Shown here in pieces: positions 36,150 through 48,337 of a stretch of 64,000 nucleotides of DNA. A program made the position numbers and the translations under genes. The notes below the pieces were generated by a model. That model saw only the letters and a list, made by a program, of their open reading frames with translations, was not told the origin of the DNA and ran no database searches. How positions within the stretch are numbered: position 1 is the first letter of the stretch; the number at the start of each line of letters is the position of its first letter. Origin of the DNA: Octopus sinensis (Eukaryota); contig NC_042997.1 of NCBI RefSeq assembly GCF_006345805.1, forward strand, positions 151,714,001-151,778,000, written 5' to 3'.

Positions 36150-38612
36150 CGTATATCAGCATCCTATACATCGTTTTTGATCGTTTACACGAACTTAGAA
36201 TACAGACGACCCTCGCCCACTCTGTGATCTCTTCATGATACACAAAACATTATGAGAGTTGAGACATCTACAGAACAATTACAACATAAGTTTAGATTCA
36301 GTTGAGTTAGGTACTTAAATTGAACCACCATGGGTTCATCTGATTTTGCTCAGGTCACTGACTTGGTTGGACTATATATACTCTACCAACGCCATATACA
36401 TTTCCCTAACATCAAGGGAGACCTATACAGAGACGATACATTGCTAGTTACCAAAAGCATAAATAAATCCTCCTTGGAAAGAACTAAAAAAGATCTGCAT
36501 AAATTCTTCTCCAACCTAAGCCTATTACATTCGAAAACGCTCACAAAACTTCTAACTTCCTAGACGCAACTCTAAACTTATCATCATCCCAATACTCCTC
36601 TTACCACAAACTTATCCAATATCTTAAATGTCTTAACATCCATTCCAACCACCAAAAGTCCACTTTTGATAACATTATCAAGGGTATCTCAACACGCTTA
36701 TCCAACCTCTCTTCTACTGAGGAAATTTTCAATAATCTCGCACCATATTACAATCAAGCACTCGCCGCTAACGACTTTTCCCAACAAATAAAATACATCC
36801 ATAACAACAGGCTCAAACAATATATATCTCATATCAAATCTCAAAGACGCACCAACCATCAAAATCGCAACCAACCACACACACAATTTGATAGAACCCT
36901 TGGAGATCTTACACCTAGACAACCAACACCCCACAGACATACATTTAACACTAGATCAAAAACTAAAACAGCTAAAGCAGCTAACAGCAACAGGTCTTGC
37001 CACCCACCTCCATTCTCCAATTATATAAATAGCACTCCATTCTTCAGAAACATAGATAGCACTACACCTAGACACCCTAAAAAAGTGGCGGACGCTCTAT
37101 TTTGTGGTACAAACACCTCTTCTCACTTAACGTTAAGAACTTAGCTAAATCGTTCTTTAAAATACTAGACTCTTCAACATAGATATCATTTTATCTTTAA
37201 TAGAGACACCTTGAAAGTATCCTATTCCGCCCCACCCAACTTCGAATCTATCACAGCAGCCTCTAATAAACAAAAGCTTTCTCTTTACTATCAAAACCCA
37301 CATAATTACAACTCTAGTTACACGAACGCTCAACACGCACACATCTCCAGCATAGATACCCTTACATTAGATCACAACCACAATCTCTACCACTCTTACA
37401 AATAGTACAATTAATAGCAACAATAGTAATAATAACAATGATAGTAATAATAACATTAAGAATACCAATAGTTCAGACCTTTCTACCCGCTTCTCTAACC
37501 TCTCTTCTGACAATATTAACTCCTCCAAACAATCCCCAAAATTCACCCTCTTGTAACTGCAGTCCTGGAACCATCTGCCCGTTACAAACGCATTGCAGAA
37601 GACATAATGTAATTTACGAATGTACTGTCCTTAATACACTACACAACTCTACAGCTTAGGATCAACCATAAATTTTAAGCAACAAAATGGCGCTCATCTC
37701 CATTCTTTTAGATACGATAAACATAGTAAATCTACAACACCCGCTAGCCATATACATCATCTCAAAAATACAAATATAACCTATACTTTGTCATGGTCCA
37801 TATTGGATTCAGGGCTCCCTTACCAAGGTCAACGTTCAACCTGCAAGCTTTGCCTGAAGGAGGCACTTCACATATTAGAACACAACTCTTCAACATTGCC
37901 AAATAAACATAGTGAGGTACTAAGCACATGCAACCACTGCTTTTTTCACACATTCAAATTCTACCACAAATCCAAATCCACATTCCCTGATTACCTTCCC
38001 CTGTCCGGAACACTCATACTACACTTCAAAGCTAAGAGAGGACACAAAGAAATTTGAGTAATTTGAAAAGAAAATACGAGACCGGTTACTCCAAAAACAA
38101 TGCTACTTTACACAAAATTTTATATTTTCCTAACATAACGATTAAAATATATTCTTTAACTATATAACACAAGTTTTCTGTAGATTTTCTATCTCTATTT
38201 TGTCTGATATATACATAAATCTCGTATAGAGAATTTAGAACTAGCTGCTTTGCTGGATGTAAGATCATCTGCTCTGTGTCGCTTATTTATTCATACATTG
38301 CAAACGAGGACGAACAACTGCCATGTATAGCTCACAGGTATAACCAGAACTGACGAAAGTCTATACTCAGAAACCAGCTGGTCTGTTGGTTCCTGTCAGC
38401 GCTAGATGGGAGTTGTTCGCTCCCTTGTTTGCAATATAACGTACACAGACAGTGTGTCGTTAACCAACTCCAGGAGATGACCTTCTTGGGTTAAAAAGAG
38501 AAGTAACAGTGTTCTGTATGAAACAACCACGTTAAGGTGGGAACAACCATTATTTTTCAGTAGAGTTAGTACTTGCATCACGTATAGGGATTTTAGAACT
38601 AGCTGCTTTGCT
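36150..38612 (+). mobile_element. 5'-truncated Penelope-like element (RT plus C-terminal GIY-YIG endonuclease; Naiad/Neptune-like layout) with 3' terminal repeat
   Basis: MGSSDFAQVTDLVGLYIL, LYRDDTLL, NFLDATLNL, IHSNH, RLSNLSSTEEIF, RSILWYKHLFSLNVK..AKSFFKILD, RDTLKVSYS, CNCSPGTICPLQTHC..NVIYECTV, GSTINFK...H..SFR...WSILD...CKLCLKEALHI...NKHSEVLSTCNH. Several frameshifts. Confidence 0.88.
38294..38437 (+). ncRNA. Type I hammerhead ribozyme motif with palindromic stem III and extended stem I
   Basis: Core CTGACGA (38350-38356); stem II AGT/ACT with loop CTAT; GAAA (38370-38373); self-complementary ACCAGCTGGT; GTC cleavage triplet ending at 38383. Flanks pair in six blocks out to 38298/38434. 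The base of stem II is imperfect in this copy. Confidence 0.8.
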
Positions 38613-38673
38613 CGGTGTGTGTGTGTATAAGTGTATGTCTGTGTGTATGTGTGTGTTTGTGTATGTATATAGT

Positions 38674-38970
38674 GAAGGTGTATGGCTTAGTGGCTAGAGT
38701 GTAGCACTCACGATTGCGGGATCTTGGTTTCGATTCCCAGATCGGCTGTTGCGTTGTGTTCTTGAGCAAAGCACTTCATTGCACGTTGTTCTGCGATTAT
38801 TTCGTCGTCTGACATGTGGTACACGGTGCACCTGTACAGGTAATTTCGATTTGATGGAGGGGGGAAGGGAGGGAGTAAGCTTGTGTGAACACAAACATTT
38901 GATCATTATAAACAAATTAGCTGAGTGGCTGTTAAGCAATTTCTTGCCGAATCCCCCCTACGTCGTTTAA
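38674..38970 (+). mobile_element. SINE family C copy
   Basis: ATGGCTTAGTGGCTAGAGTG...GGTTTCGATTCCC...GTGTTCTTGAGCAAAGCACTTCATTG...GCCGAATCCCCCCTACGTCG. Confidence 0.85.
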
Positions 38971-39335
38971 CGACGTACGTATGTGTGTGTGTTTGTGTGT
39001 GTGTAATAACAATATGTACTTCGCAGGAGGGAAAAGTTTGACACTGACGCAAAGAAAAAAATTAATTAACTTAACTATTTGGGCGTAAGGAGGAGCCGAT
39101 ATCTGCATGCAAGTGTAAAATAAATACGTGTCTGAAGGCAGGTAATAGTGGTTAGCGCATGCGTGTCTGTTAGAGAGATCTACGTGTTTAAAGGTGTGCA
39201 TGTGTGTGAGTATAATGACATTGGATGGTGGAGATACAGAATACTGGTGCGTGTGTTTGTAATCGATAGCTGCTGTGAAAGCTCGTTTGTGATGAAGGTG
39301 GGGGCAGGTGTGAATTAAGGGAAGAAATATATGAA

Positions 39336-39936
39336 GGCGGCGAGCTGGCAGAATCGTTAGCACGCCGGGCGAAATGCGTAGCTGTATTTCGTCTGCTGTT
39401 ACGTTCTGAGTTCAAATTCCGCCGAGGACGACTTTGCCTTTCATCCTTTCGGGGTCCATAATTAAGTACGAGTTACGCACTGGGGTCGATGTAATCGACT
39501 TAATCCGTTCGTCTGTCCTTGTTTGTCCCCTCTATGTTTAGCCCCTCGTGGGTAGTAAAGAAATAGGTATTTCGTCTGCCGCTACGTTCTGAGTTCAAAT
39601 TCCGCCGAGCTCGACTTCGCCTTTCATCCTTTCGGGGTCGATTAAGTAAGTACTAGTTACGCACTCGGATCGATATAATCGACTTAATCTGTTTGTCTGT
39701 CCTTGTTTGTCCTCTCTGTGTGTAGCCCCTCGTGGGTAGTAAAGAAATAGGTATTTCGTTTGCCGGTACGTTCTGAGTTTAAATTCCGCCGATGTCGACT
39801 TTGCCTTTCATCCTTTCGGGGTCGATTAAACTAAGTACCATTCGCGTACTGGGGTCGATATAATCGACTAAATCCATTGCCTGTCTTTGTTTGTCCCCCC
39901 CCTATGTTTAGCCCCTTGTGGGCAATGAAGAAATAG
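39336..39936 (+). mobile_element. SINE family A head-to-tail trimer
   Basis: One full unit (39336-39565) plus two headless units (39566-39749 and 39750-39935), each starting GGTATTTCG. GAAATATAT occurs at 39324-39332 and 39937-39945 as a possible TSD. Confidence 0.92.
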
Positions 39937-40278
39937 GAAATATATTGGTAGAGCAAATGGGATGGCAAGTGGAATGGTAAAAACGTAATTGTCTTTTCTG
40001 TAAATGTATTTTAAAAGTAGGAGGGAGCGTGAAACCCTTTTTAAGAAAGACGAATGATTTAGAATGAAATTTGAAACAGTGAAAAATTAAGTTGCTGTAT
40101 TATGTATGACTAGTAGGGAGAGAAAATGAAAGAAATTATATGTATATACATGCATACTGCATACATACATGCATACGTACGTACATACATACATACATAT
40201 GTGTGTGTGTGCGTGTGTGTGTATGTGTGTGTGTGTATGCATGTATATACATAAGGTTTCTTTCAATTTCTCTCTCTA

Positions 40279-40856
40279 TTGGTCATGTATAATGTATACA
40301 GAAACCAAAGGTTTAAGGACGGCATAAGGACTACTTTGAAGTCACTTGGAATAGTTCTAGAAGACACAGAAACCCTTGCTTCGGATCGAGCTGGCTGGCG
40401 AACAAAAGTGTGGAGTGGGGTGAAAGCGTTTGAAGAGGGTAGGATCACGCATGCAAGGCTCAAGAGAGATCTAAGGGAGAATGTTACGACCGAGAAACTG
40501 TGTGTGCAGTGTGTGTCAGACCATTCCTTTCTTTTGCTAGGCTCAAATCTCATTTGCAAAGCCATGGAAAACGAACATCCTCCAACAATTCTGCCTATAT
40601 ATCTGTGCACACCTTTCAATGCAATGTATGCCAGAAGATTTGCAAATCTAACGGAGGCCTCAAAAGATATTTTAAAGTCCACAAACATCAGATCTTACCT
40701 GCAGCTCCTGATGGTTCAAATCGGATATGCAATTTATGTGGGTGTTTTTTCAAAACATTGTTTGGTTTAAAAAGCCACATTAGATGCCATGATGGTTCTA
40801 AGGTGTAGACACACAGGAGGTGGTCAAACTTTGCATAAGGAGTAGACAACCATCAT
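40279..40856 (+). mobile_element. 3' end of an RTE-clade LINE with three C-terminal C2H2 zinc fingers
   Basis: RFKDGIRTTLKSLGI...ETLASDRAGWRTKVWSGVKAFEEGR (RTE C-terminal motif). After a frameshift: CAVCVRPFLSFARLKSHLQSH, CNVCQKICKSNGGLKRYFKVH, CNLCGCFFKTLFGLKSHIRCH; stop at 40808. Confidence 0.88.
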
Positions 40857-40866
40857 GTATATATTA

Positions 40867-40901
<35 letters not shown>

Positions 40902-41447
40902 ATATAAAGAGAGAGAAATGGATGAACTAGAGCATCAAGGGTACATACTTGGTCGGTGCATATGTGTACGTTTGTGAATATGTATGGTTTTGTGTGCATG
41001 TGAGCGTGCATACACGTGTGTTTGTATGTTTGTGCTTGTGTACGTGCGTGATTAATCTGTTGCCTCTAAGTGTATGAATAGGCTGCTAGATAAGGACAAG
41101 GAAGAAATAAGTAGTTCCTGTTCGGTGCTTTGCTTTACTTGTCTTTACTAACAGGCCTAATTCTTTGGAGAAATGTTGTGAGAGAAAAGTAGAAACTAAT
41201 ATAAAACAGAATAGAAATTAAAATCAGTACGTTTTAGTTGAGAATCATTTTTGGCTAGGCACCAGAACAGAGCTCTACAAATGAAAGGTGAGTGCTTGCT
41301 GGTCATGCGTAATACAGCAACCAACTTTTGCATCATTGATGATTTGTTTGTAAAAGGTTATGGTCGAAAACAAAAGAGAGTTGATTAGCCTTAGTGGCTT
41401 GGCGCTATTTAGACTGCAAATTCTTATTTCTGTATTGGTATATATAC

Positions 41448-41520
<73 letters not shown>

Positions 41521-41521
41521 T

Positions 41522-41584
<63 letters not shown>

Positions 41585-41893
41585 GCCGCACACACGCACA
41601 CACACACACACATATATACATAATACGTATATAGATACATACATATATACATATATATATCCATACCTGTGTGTATGTGTGTTGCTATTAGTTGATCTAT
41701 ATTACTGATGCTCTTTGAGGTGAATGCGTCGTTGTTGCTGTCATTTATGTTGGAAATATATTGTTACTGAGGCCAGCGATGATGACGGTGAAGATTAAAA
41801 AGACAAGTACGACAACGAAGATTAAGGGGACAATAGCATCATTTGATGATGCTGAAGATAATGGTAGTGAGGTGAAGATGAGTATGACGAGGG

Positions 41894-41924
<31 letters not shown>

Positions 41925-42704
41925 AAACAGCAGCCGGATGAAGAAAAGGGTAGAGGAGAGGAAGTTAGGATAGAGTATTTATAGATTTCCTTATAAAATG
42001 ACGACTGCACTGCGCTTCTGCGTTCTTGTATTGCGACTTTTCATGTGGTAACATGATATCACATGATGTAATTGTAATGGTGATGCTTCACATGGGTAAA
42101 AGAGAGATGAAAATGATGATGAGGAGGATGATGGAGGAGGAGGGTGTGGAGGAAGAGAAGGTGGACAAGGAAAATAATTATGAGTGATTTTTATGAGGAT
42201 GAGGTTAATGATGTTGCTAATGAAGAATAGCAGAAAGTTATTGATGAAGATGATGGAGATGGTAATGACAACGACGATGATAATTAATAATGATGAGGTT
42301 AAGGGTGATGAATATGATGATTCGGAGAAGAATATTGATAACAAGTTTGATGGTGTTGAGAAGGATATGGAAGCGAAAGAACAGGACCATAAATTAAAAT
42401 ATAAAGCTACACAAAGGTTAACTACTCTGCTCGCAGTCCATAAAAGGGCCCTGAAATGCAGTTGCCCTTATCGAAAAACACTGTGAGTTCAGTGATGCAA
42501 ATTACGAAGAACTTTCTGCGCTATTCATACTACACCATTCACTACAATTGTGATGCCGAATGTTTTCCCTTTCACCGGTCCCTTTTTTATGAAATTTCCG
42601 TTTCTCGCTGTTCTATGGATTTTGGAATGCCTGTGTACTCATTAAGTCAAATTTTTTTTAGAAAACAAAAATTCTTTTCCATTCTATCTCTGTGTTAAAA
42701 AATA

Positions 42705-43130
42705 TATCTTGTATCTTTTACTACTTTCAGTCCTTGGAATGTGGCCATGCTGGTGCACTGCCGTAAAACGTTTAAACTAGGATTTCTCAACCGGAGTCAA
42801 TATAGAGCCTGGTGGTCCATATAAGATTTTTGGGGGTCCGCAGTAATTTTTTCAGGGGCCATGAAAAATTGTAGTTCAGAGAATAAAATTTATGTGCAAA
42901 ATACTGTAGCAATTTTTATACAAGTCAAAGGTGTCCACAGGTAAAATATGGTTGAGAACCCCTGATTTAGACGAACGACTCTACCCCAGTATTTAGTTGT
43001 TTTTTTTTATTATAGTAAAAGCCAATATTCATTCTATTGGTTCTTACCTTGTTGAGCCGCTATGTTACGGGGACTTAAATACACCAACAACGGTAGCTAA
43101 GTGGTTGAGGGAGAAAAACACAAGGCCAAT
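42705..43130 (-). mobile_element. SINE family B 3' half, interrupted by a hAT MITE
   Basis: CTTTTACTACTTTCAGTC...GGCCATGCTGGTGCACTGCC, then the MITE, then TTTAGACGAAC...GTTACGGGGACTTAAATACACCA. Confidence 0.75.
42778..42964. mobile_element. 187-bp Buster-type hAT MITE
   Basis: TIRs TAGGATTTCTCAACC / GGTTGAGAACCCCTG. 8-bp nnnTAnnn TSD GTTTAAAC (42770-42777) / ATTTAGAC (42965-42972). Confidence 0.85.
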
Positions 43131-43135
43131 ACATA

Positions 43136-43171
<36 letters not shown>

Positions 43172-43214
43172 TCTGTGTGTGTCTGTGTGTGTGAAGAGAA
43201 AGCTAGATAAATAT

Positions 43215-43315
<101 letters not shown>

Positions 43316-44136
43316 GAACTGGGTTCTTTCAGTTTTCATCTATCCCAGTACTTATATTTAAGCCCAATAATTATTCTATTGGTCATTCGTTTTTTCTTCG
43401 GCTGAACTGCTAGATTACGGGATGTAAACAAACCAAGGGCGGTGACCAAGTCGTCGAGGGAGAAAAACACAAACACAGAACTGTGCAAACATAATACATA
43501 CAAATGCTACCAATTCTAGTCTTAGGTATTCCTCGTGTGTGAAAATAAAAAACTAAAAAGTAAAAGAGTCAAGAGGAAGAGCAAGTACGGTTAGGCAGCT
43601 TTTTAATTGCAACAAGTGTTTCGATACATACAGATCCTCGTTGCAGCATGGAAATCTAAATTGCCCGGCGTGCTAACGCTTCTGCCTTAGCAACTATATA
43701 TAGAATTTTAAATAAATATAACACCCCCCCCAATAGTTTATGTGTGGAGAGCCATGTTTCTGCAACTTGTACTGCAGTAGAAACTGCCACAAAAAGAAAG
43801 ACTTATATATTGATGTTGTTGATGCTGCTACTGCTGCTGCTGCTGCTGCTGATGATGATGATAAGGATTTAGGCACAATGCCAGCAATTTTGAGAGGAGG
43901 TGGCCACACGAAACATTTCCCCTCAGTACTTCAGTGGTGCGATATTTTATTAACCTAGAAAAATTATATTGAAAATGTGTGTATGTTTGTGCGAGCATAT
44001 ATGTGATACGTGTGTATATGTGTGTGGGGATTGTAACTGTGTATGATCGATCGATGAATCTCTACTGAAAGCGATTTTGCTTTGCTTTTCTCGCTCTCAC
44101 TTTATCTTTCACTCGCTCTTAATGTCTCTCTCCCCC

Positions 44137-44182
<46 letters not shown>

Positions 44183-44290
44183 TTCTCCCACTTTCTCGGA
44201 GCTTAAATACTCAAGATACACCATACCACGACAGTTCCTTCAGGAGATGAGATACCAAGGAATGACGGATGAAACAGGTATTAATGTACA

Positions 44291-44330
<40 letters not shown>

Positions 44331-44604
44331 CACGCACGCACACACGCACGCACAAAGAAACATACACACATACATATAAGCATTTTGTTTCTTTGTTTAG
44401 ACAATTATACTGTTTCAATCATCTCGGATTCTAGGCAGAATTGATAACGTAATAAAGATTATAATTCTCTCGAATATCTCAGCATTGAGTATTCTCTTTC
44501 ATATCGGTTCATCTTAGGTGGAATATATATATATATATATATATTCAAATATGAAAAAGAAGCCGTTTAGTGTAATAAACATTATCTACCTCACATACGT
44601 AACT

Positions 44605-44840
44605 TATAAGCATCGTGTCTGTGACGGTAGGTTGCTATTTGGTGTAATGGAGAATACTCTCTCGAAGCGCCGTGTATTACAACATCTGAAAGTTATGGAC
44701 AGGGGAGATCAATTTAATGAGATTAGAGATGAGTCATCTCACCTGACCATGACTCCCAGGCGTTTTAACATTCGGCGTTTTCAGAGAGTATTCGCCATCA
44801 CGCCAAATCGCAATCTAGCGTCACATACACGATGCTTATA
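44605..44840. mobile_element. 236-bp almost fully palindromic hairpin MITE
   Basis: Arms of ~105 bp (TATAAGCATCGTGTCTGTGACGGTAG...GGAGAT versus ATCTCACC...CGTCACATACACGATGCTTATA) around a ~25-bp loop. Terminal TA at both ends. Confidence 0.85.
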
Positions 44841-44893
44841 CGTTAAGTGTATGTGGTTGAGAGAGTTTACATACATACATACGTCATTCATAC

Positions 44894-44939
<46 letters not shown>

Positions 44940-44943
<4 letters not shown>

Positions 44944-45294
44944 AGCAGTGGCTGTGTGGTAAGTAGCTTGCTTACCAGTCACATGGTTCCGGGTTCACCT
45001 TGGGCAAGTGTCTTCTACTATAGCCTCGGGATTTGGTAGACGGAAACTGAAAGAAGCCCGTCGTATATATGTATGTATGTGTATGTGTTTGCGTGTCTGT
45101 GTTTGTCTACCTAACATCGCTTGACAACCGATGCTGGTGTGTTTACGTCCTCGTAACTCAGCGATAGAAAGAAACCGATAGAATAAGTACTAGGCTTCCA
45201 AAGAATAAGTCCTGGTGTCGATTTGCTCGACTAAAGGCGGTGCTCCAGCATGGCCACAGTTAAATGACTGAAACAAGTAAAAGAGTAAAAGAGT
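44940..45294 (+). mobile_element. SINE family B copy
   Basis: GCAGTGGCTGTGTGGTAAGTAGCTTGC head, internal (TA/TG)n, tail GACTGAAACAAGTAAAAGAGTAAAAGAGTA. Confidence 0.92.
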
Positions 45295-45469
45295 ATATAT
45301 ATATATATATATATATATACATTATATATTATATATTATATTTATATATTATATATTTTATATTATATATTATATAAAATCCATTCTGTCTGTCTTTAGA
45401 GTGGCACTATATTAATTTACCACGAGTTACAGTATGGTATGGCTTATCAAAGATAGTAAATGGGTCATT

Positions 45470-45815
45470 TGTCTTTTGACGGTACTTGGACTTCTCTTAT
45501 CTACTTGAACTCACTGCAAGAGTCTATCATAAGAAACCTCCAACAGAAATTTGAAGACAAAGTCTTCTTTCTAGCAAAATGGGAACACCTCTTATACTAT
45601 GTAGGGACTTATCTTGATGAGAAATTGCCAAACAAATGAATTGTACTATGATGTGCAAGGGAACATCCTACGCATTCACCAGATTTCACACCACTAGACT
45701 TATTTGTTTTGGGATTCTCAAATGATAAATTTTAATGGTAATACAAAACCGGTAACAGTCGACGAATTAAAGACATCTATCGAACAAGTTTACGCACATA
45801 TACGAACGAAATGCT
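45470..45815 (+). mobile_element. Decayed Tc1/mariner-superfamily transposase (DD41D/rosa-like)
   Basis: FDGTWTSLIYLNSLQESI...YLDEKLPNK*I...HSPDFTPLD..FWDS...TKPVTVDELKTSIEQVYAHI resembles QDGAPPH...LDExFPxRWIGR...WPPRSPDLTPLDFFLWG...KPxTLDEL. Frameshifted, so spacing is not directly countable. Confidence 0.65.
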
Positions 45816-46486
45816 TCTTGATGTCCTCAATTCCACTGCTTCGCAGAGAAGAGGAGCAATTGTGCAGAGAGATAGGGGGGAGATGGAGAGAGAAAGAGGA
45901 AGAAAGAGACAGGGAGAGAGAGGTAAGTAAAATAGATATACATATGATAGATGAATGACCGAAAGATTTTCACATCCTCTCGTTAAGAGACTGCAACTAC
46001 AAATGTTTGAATTTATTTTTATCGCTAATGGGTCTGTTTGTAGTTATAATTTACATTATTCTAACTGATATAATAGAGATACTTACATTCTGCTTTGTTA
46101 ATAAATATTCAGTAGTTAGCTGCATTCATATTTATTTCTAAACCTTAAGTCAATATTTCAAAACTACCATTAGTGATGTTAATATAAAAAAATAAACTAA
46201 TCTAATAGAAATATTTGTGAAAAAATTCGAGCGTTATAAAACTCAAATAAAGTATGCTTACGTAAGTACATGGTCTAATTAAGGTGAAATATTTGCATGA
46301 AAGCTATTTATGTAGAATGGCTAATATAAATTATGTCCTATGATTTTTTACTATAAAAAGTAACCACCGGTATTTTTCAGTAGTGAAAAGCAGGTTTTCA
46401 AGTACTTAGAAAAACTTGCTTCTTTCATTTTTTATATTTCTTTTGAATTTTCTTTCGTTCTTCTATAGCATTACTCTTTTGCAAAA

Positions 46487-46518
<32 letters not shown>

Positions 46519-47366
46519 AAGAGACGAATTTTTGCAATAACAACAAATTATAGTATATAGTGAAGATTTCGGCAAGCTACCAGAATCGTTACCACGCGGG
46601 GCATAATGAGTAAGATTATTAGCGGCATTTATTCCGGCTTCTGAGTTCAAATTCTGCCATACTAGATATCTACAAGCAACGGACTGCTCTTGCATGGGTC
46701 TTTATCTTTTGAAACATATACACAAACATGATGTCGTTATTGACCAACTTCAAAAGAGTAAACTTTGCCACAGAAACTGAATAGTTATTGTCTATATGCA
46801 TATGAATACGCAGGTTTGTTACTACCGGGAGAAAATACACTCAGTGTCATGTATGTACTGAGTAATATACGTGTGTCAGTGGAGACCATGATTTTACACG
46901 GACTCTCATGGCAACCGTTCAAAAGCGCAAAGGATGTGTCATTCATCTACTTCTCCCATCTTTAGAGATCATTCCCAGACAAGATGTCTGTTCGTTGCGA
47001 GGTTACTCAATCTGTTTCTGATATTCATTTTCGGTTTAACGAACTAGAGCAACATATAATGAGATACTCAAGGACATCACATGCCGCCCTCGCTGGGAAT
47101 CAAACGTACATTACGATTAGGAGCAAAATACCTTAAAAACTAAACCACGCGCTTTCTCATATCCCAACATAGATTATAAAGTTTATTTAGGTTGGTTACT
47201 GGAATTTCTCGGCATGTTATCTATTTCTCAAACGGGAATACATTATTACTGCCAGAGGAACTGCAATAATATCGGAGAAACTACAGACTAACAGACCATT
47301 TGACGAACCTTAATAGAGTATTTTAATTAGGTATGGTATTTGTGAAGACGAGTGGATATATATATA

Positions 47367-47423
<57 letters not shown>

Positions 47424-47426
<3 letters not shown>

Positions 47427-47624
47427 CGGGAAGCTTTATGAAAATAAACAAAAGACGAAGGCAGGTGGAAAACAAACGAACAATTGTATTAGTATGGCGC
47501 TCAGGAAATATAAATAAAACAAGTCTTTAACGTTTCGAGCCTACGCACTTCAACAGAAAGATACACAGAGAGAAAAACACAGAAAGAAGGGGAGAAAAAA
47601 AATGCGTGCAGTAGCTAACGAATC
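47424..47624 (-). mobile_element. ~200-bp element with a degenerate hammerhead-like core (subfamily Y)
   Basis: Minus strand reads CTGTTGA-agtgcgtaggctc-GAAACGTT...CCTGAGCGCCATACTAATAC...CTTCCCGTTA-(TA)n. Inverted homologue of 50002-50202. Confidence 0.75.
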
Positions 47625-47681
47625 AACATGGCGATCTGATTTCGGCCAGAGGTCAAAGATCAAACATGAGACGCGAGAGCG

Positions 47682-47732
<51 letters not shown>

Positions 47733-47741
<9 letters not shown>

Positions 47742-48337
47742 AAAGAAAACCTTCAAATCAGGGAAAAAAAAGTCCTGACAACAAAATTCCTGTTGGGTTG
47801 TGTAATCTTCAGTGCACTTAGATAGCTATTAAGAGTTTAAACAACTTTTTGATAAAAGGGTTGAGGGACCAGCTAAAAGTGCGTGGGAGGGGTCTGGATG
47901 TGTGTATGTATACGGTTGGTGTATGTATTAGTATGTATAAGGGTGTGTGTGTGTGTGTGTGTGTGTGTATGAGAGAGTATTAGTGCGTAGGATTGGTCTG
48001 GACGTGCGTATGTATGGGGTTGGTGTATGTATTAGTATGTATTAGTATGTATTAGTACGTATTGGTATGTATAGGTGTGTGTGTGTGCGAGAGAGTATAA
48101 GTGCGTATGCGGGGTCTGGACGTGTGTATGTATAGGGTTGGTGTAAGTATTAGTATGTACTAGTATGTATTAGTACGTATTAGTATGTATTAGTTGGTGT
48201 GTGTATTAGTATGGCACATCTTAAACCCCAAAAAGTTGTTTAAACTCTTAATAGCTATCCAAGTGCACTGAAGATTACACAACCCAACAGAAATTTTGTT
48301 GTCAGGACTTTTTTTCCCTGATTTGAAGGTTTTCTTT

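Noticed and set aside
37550-37940. Selenocysteine-encoding Naiad-type PLE
   Set aside because: Some Naiad elements use TGA at conserved Cys positions, but here the CNC, CPL, CKLC and TCNH cysteines are all TGT/TGC, so this copy gives no support.
39336-39936. CRISPR-like or satellite array
   Set aside because: The units are whole SINE bodies with no unique spacers, and the sequence is eukaryotic.
40500-40808. Host C2H2 zinc-finger gene
   Set aside because: It continues an RTE C-terminus, lacks TGEKP linkers and is followed by a short LINE-type tail.
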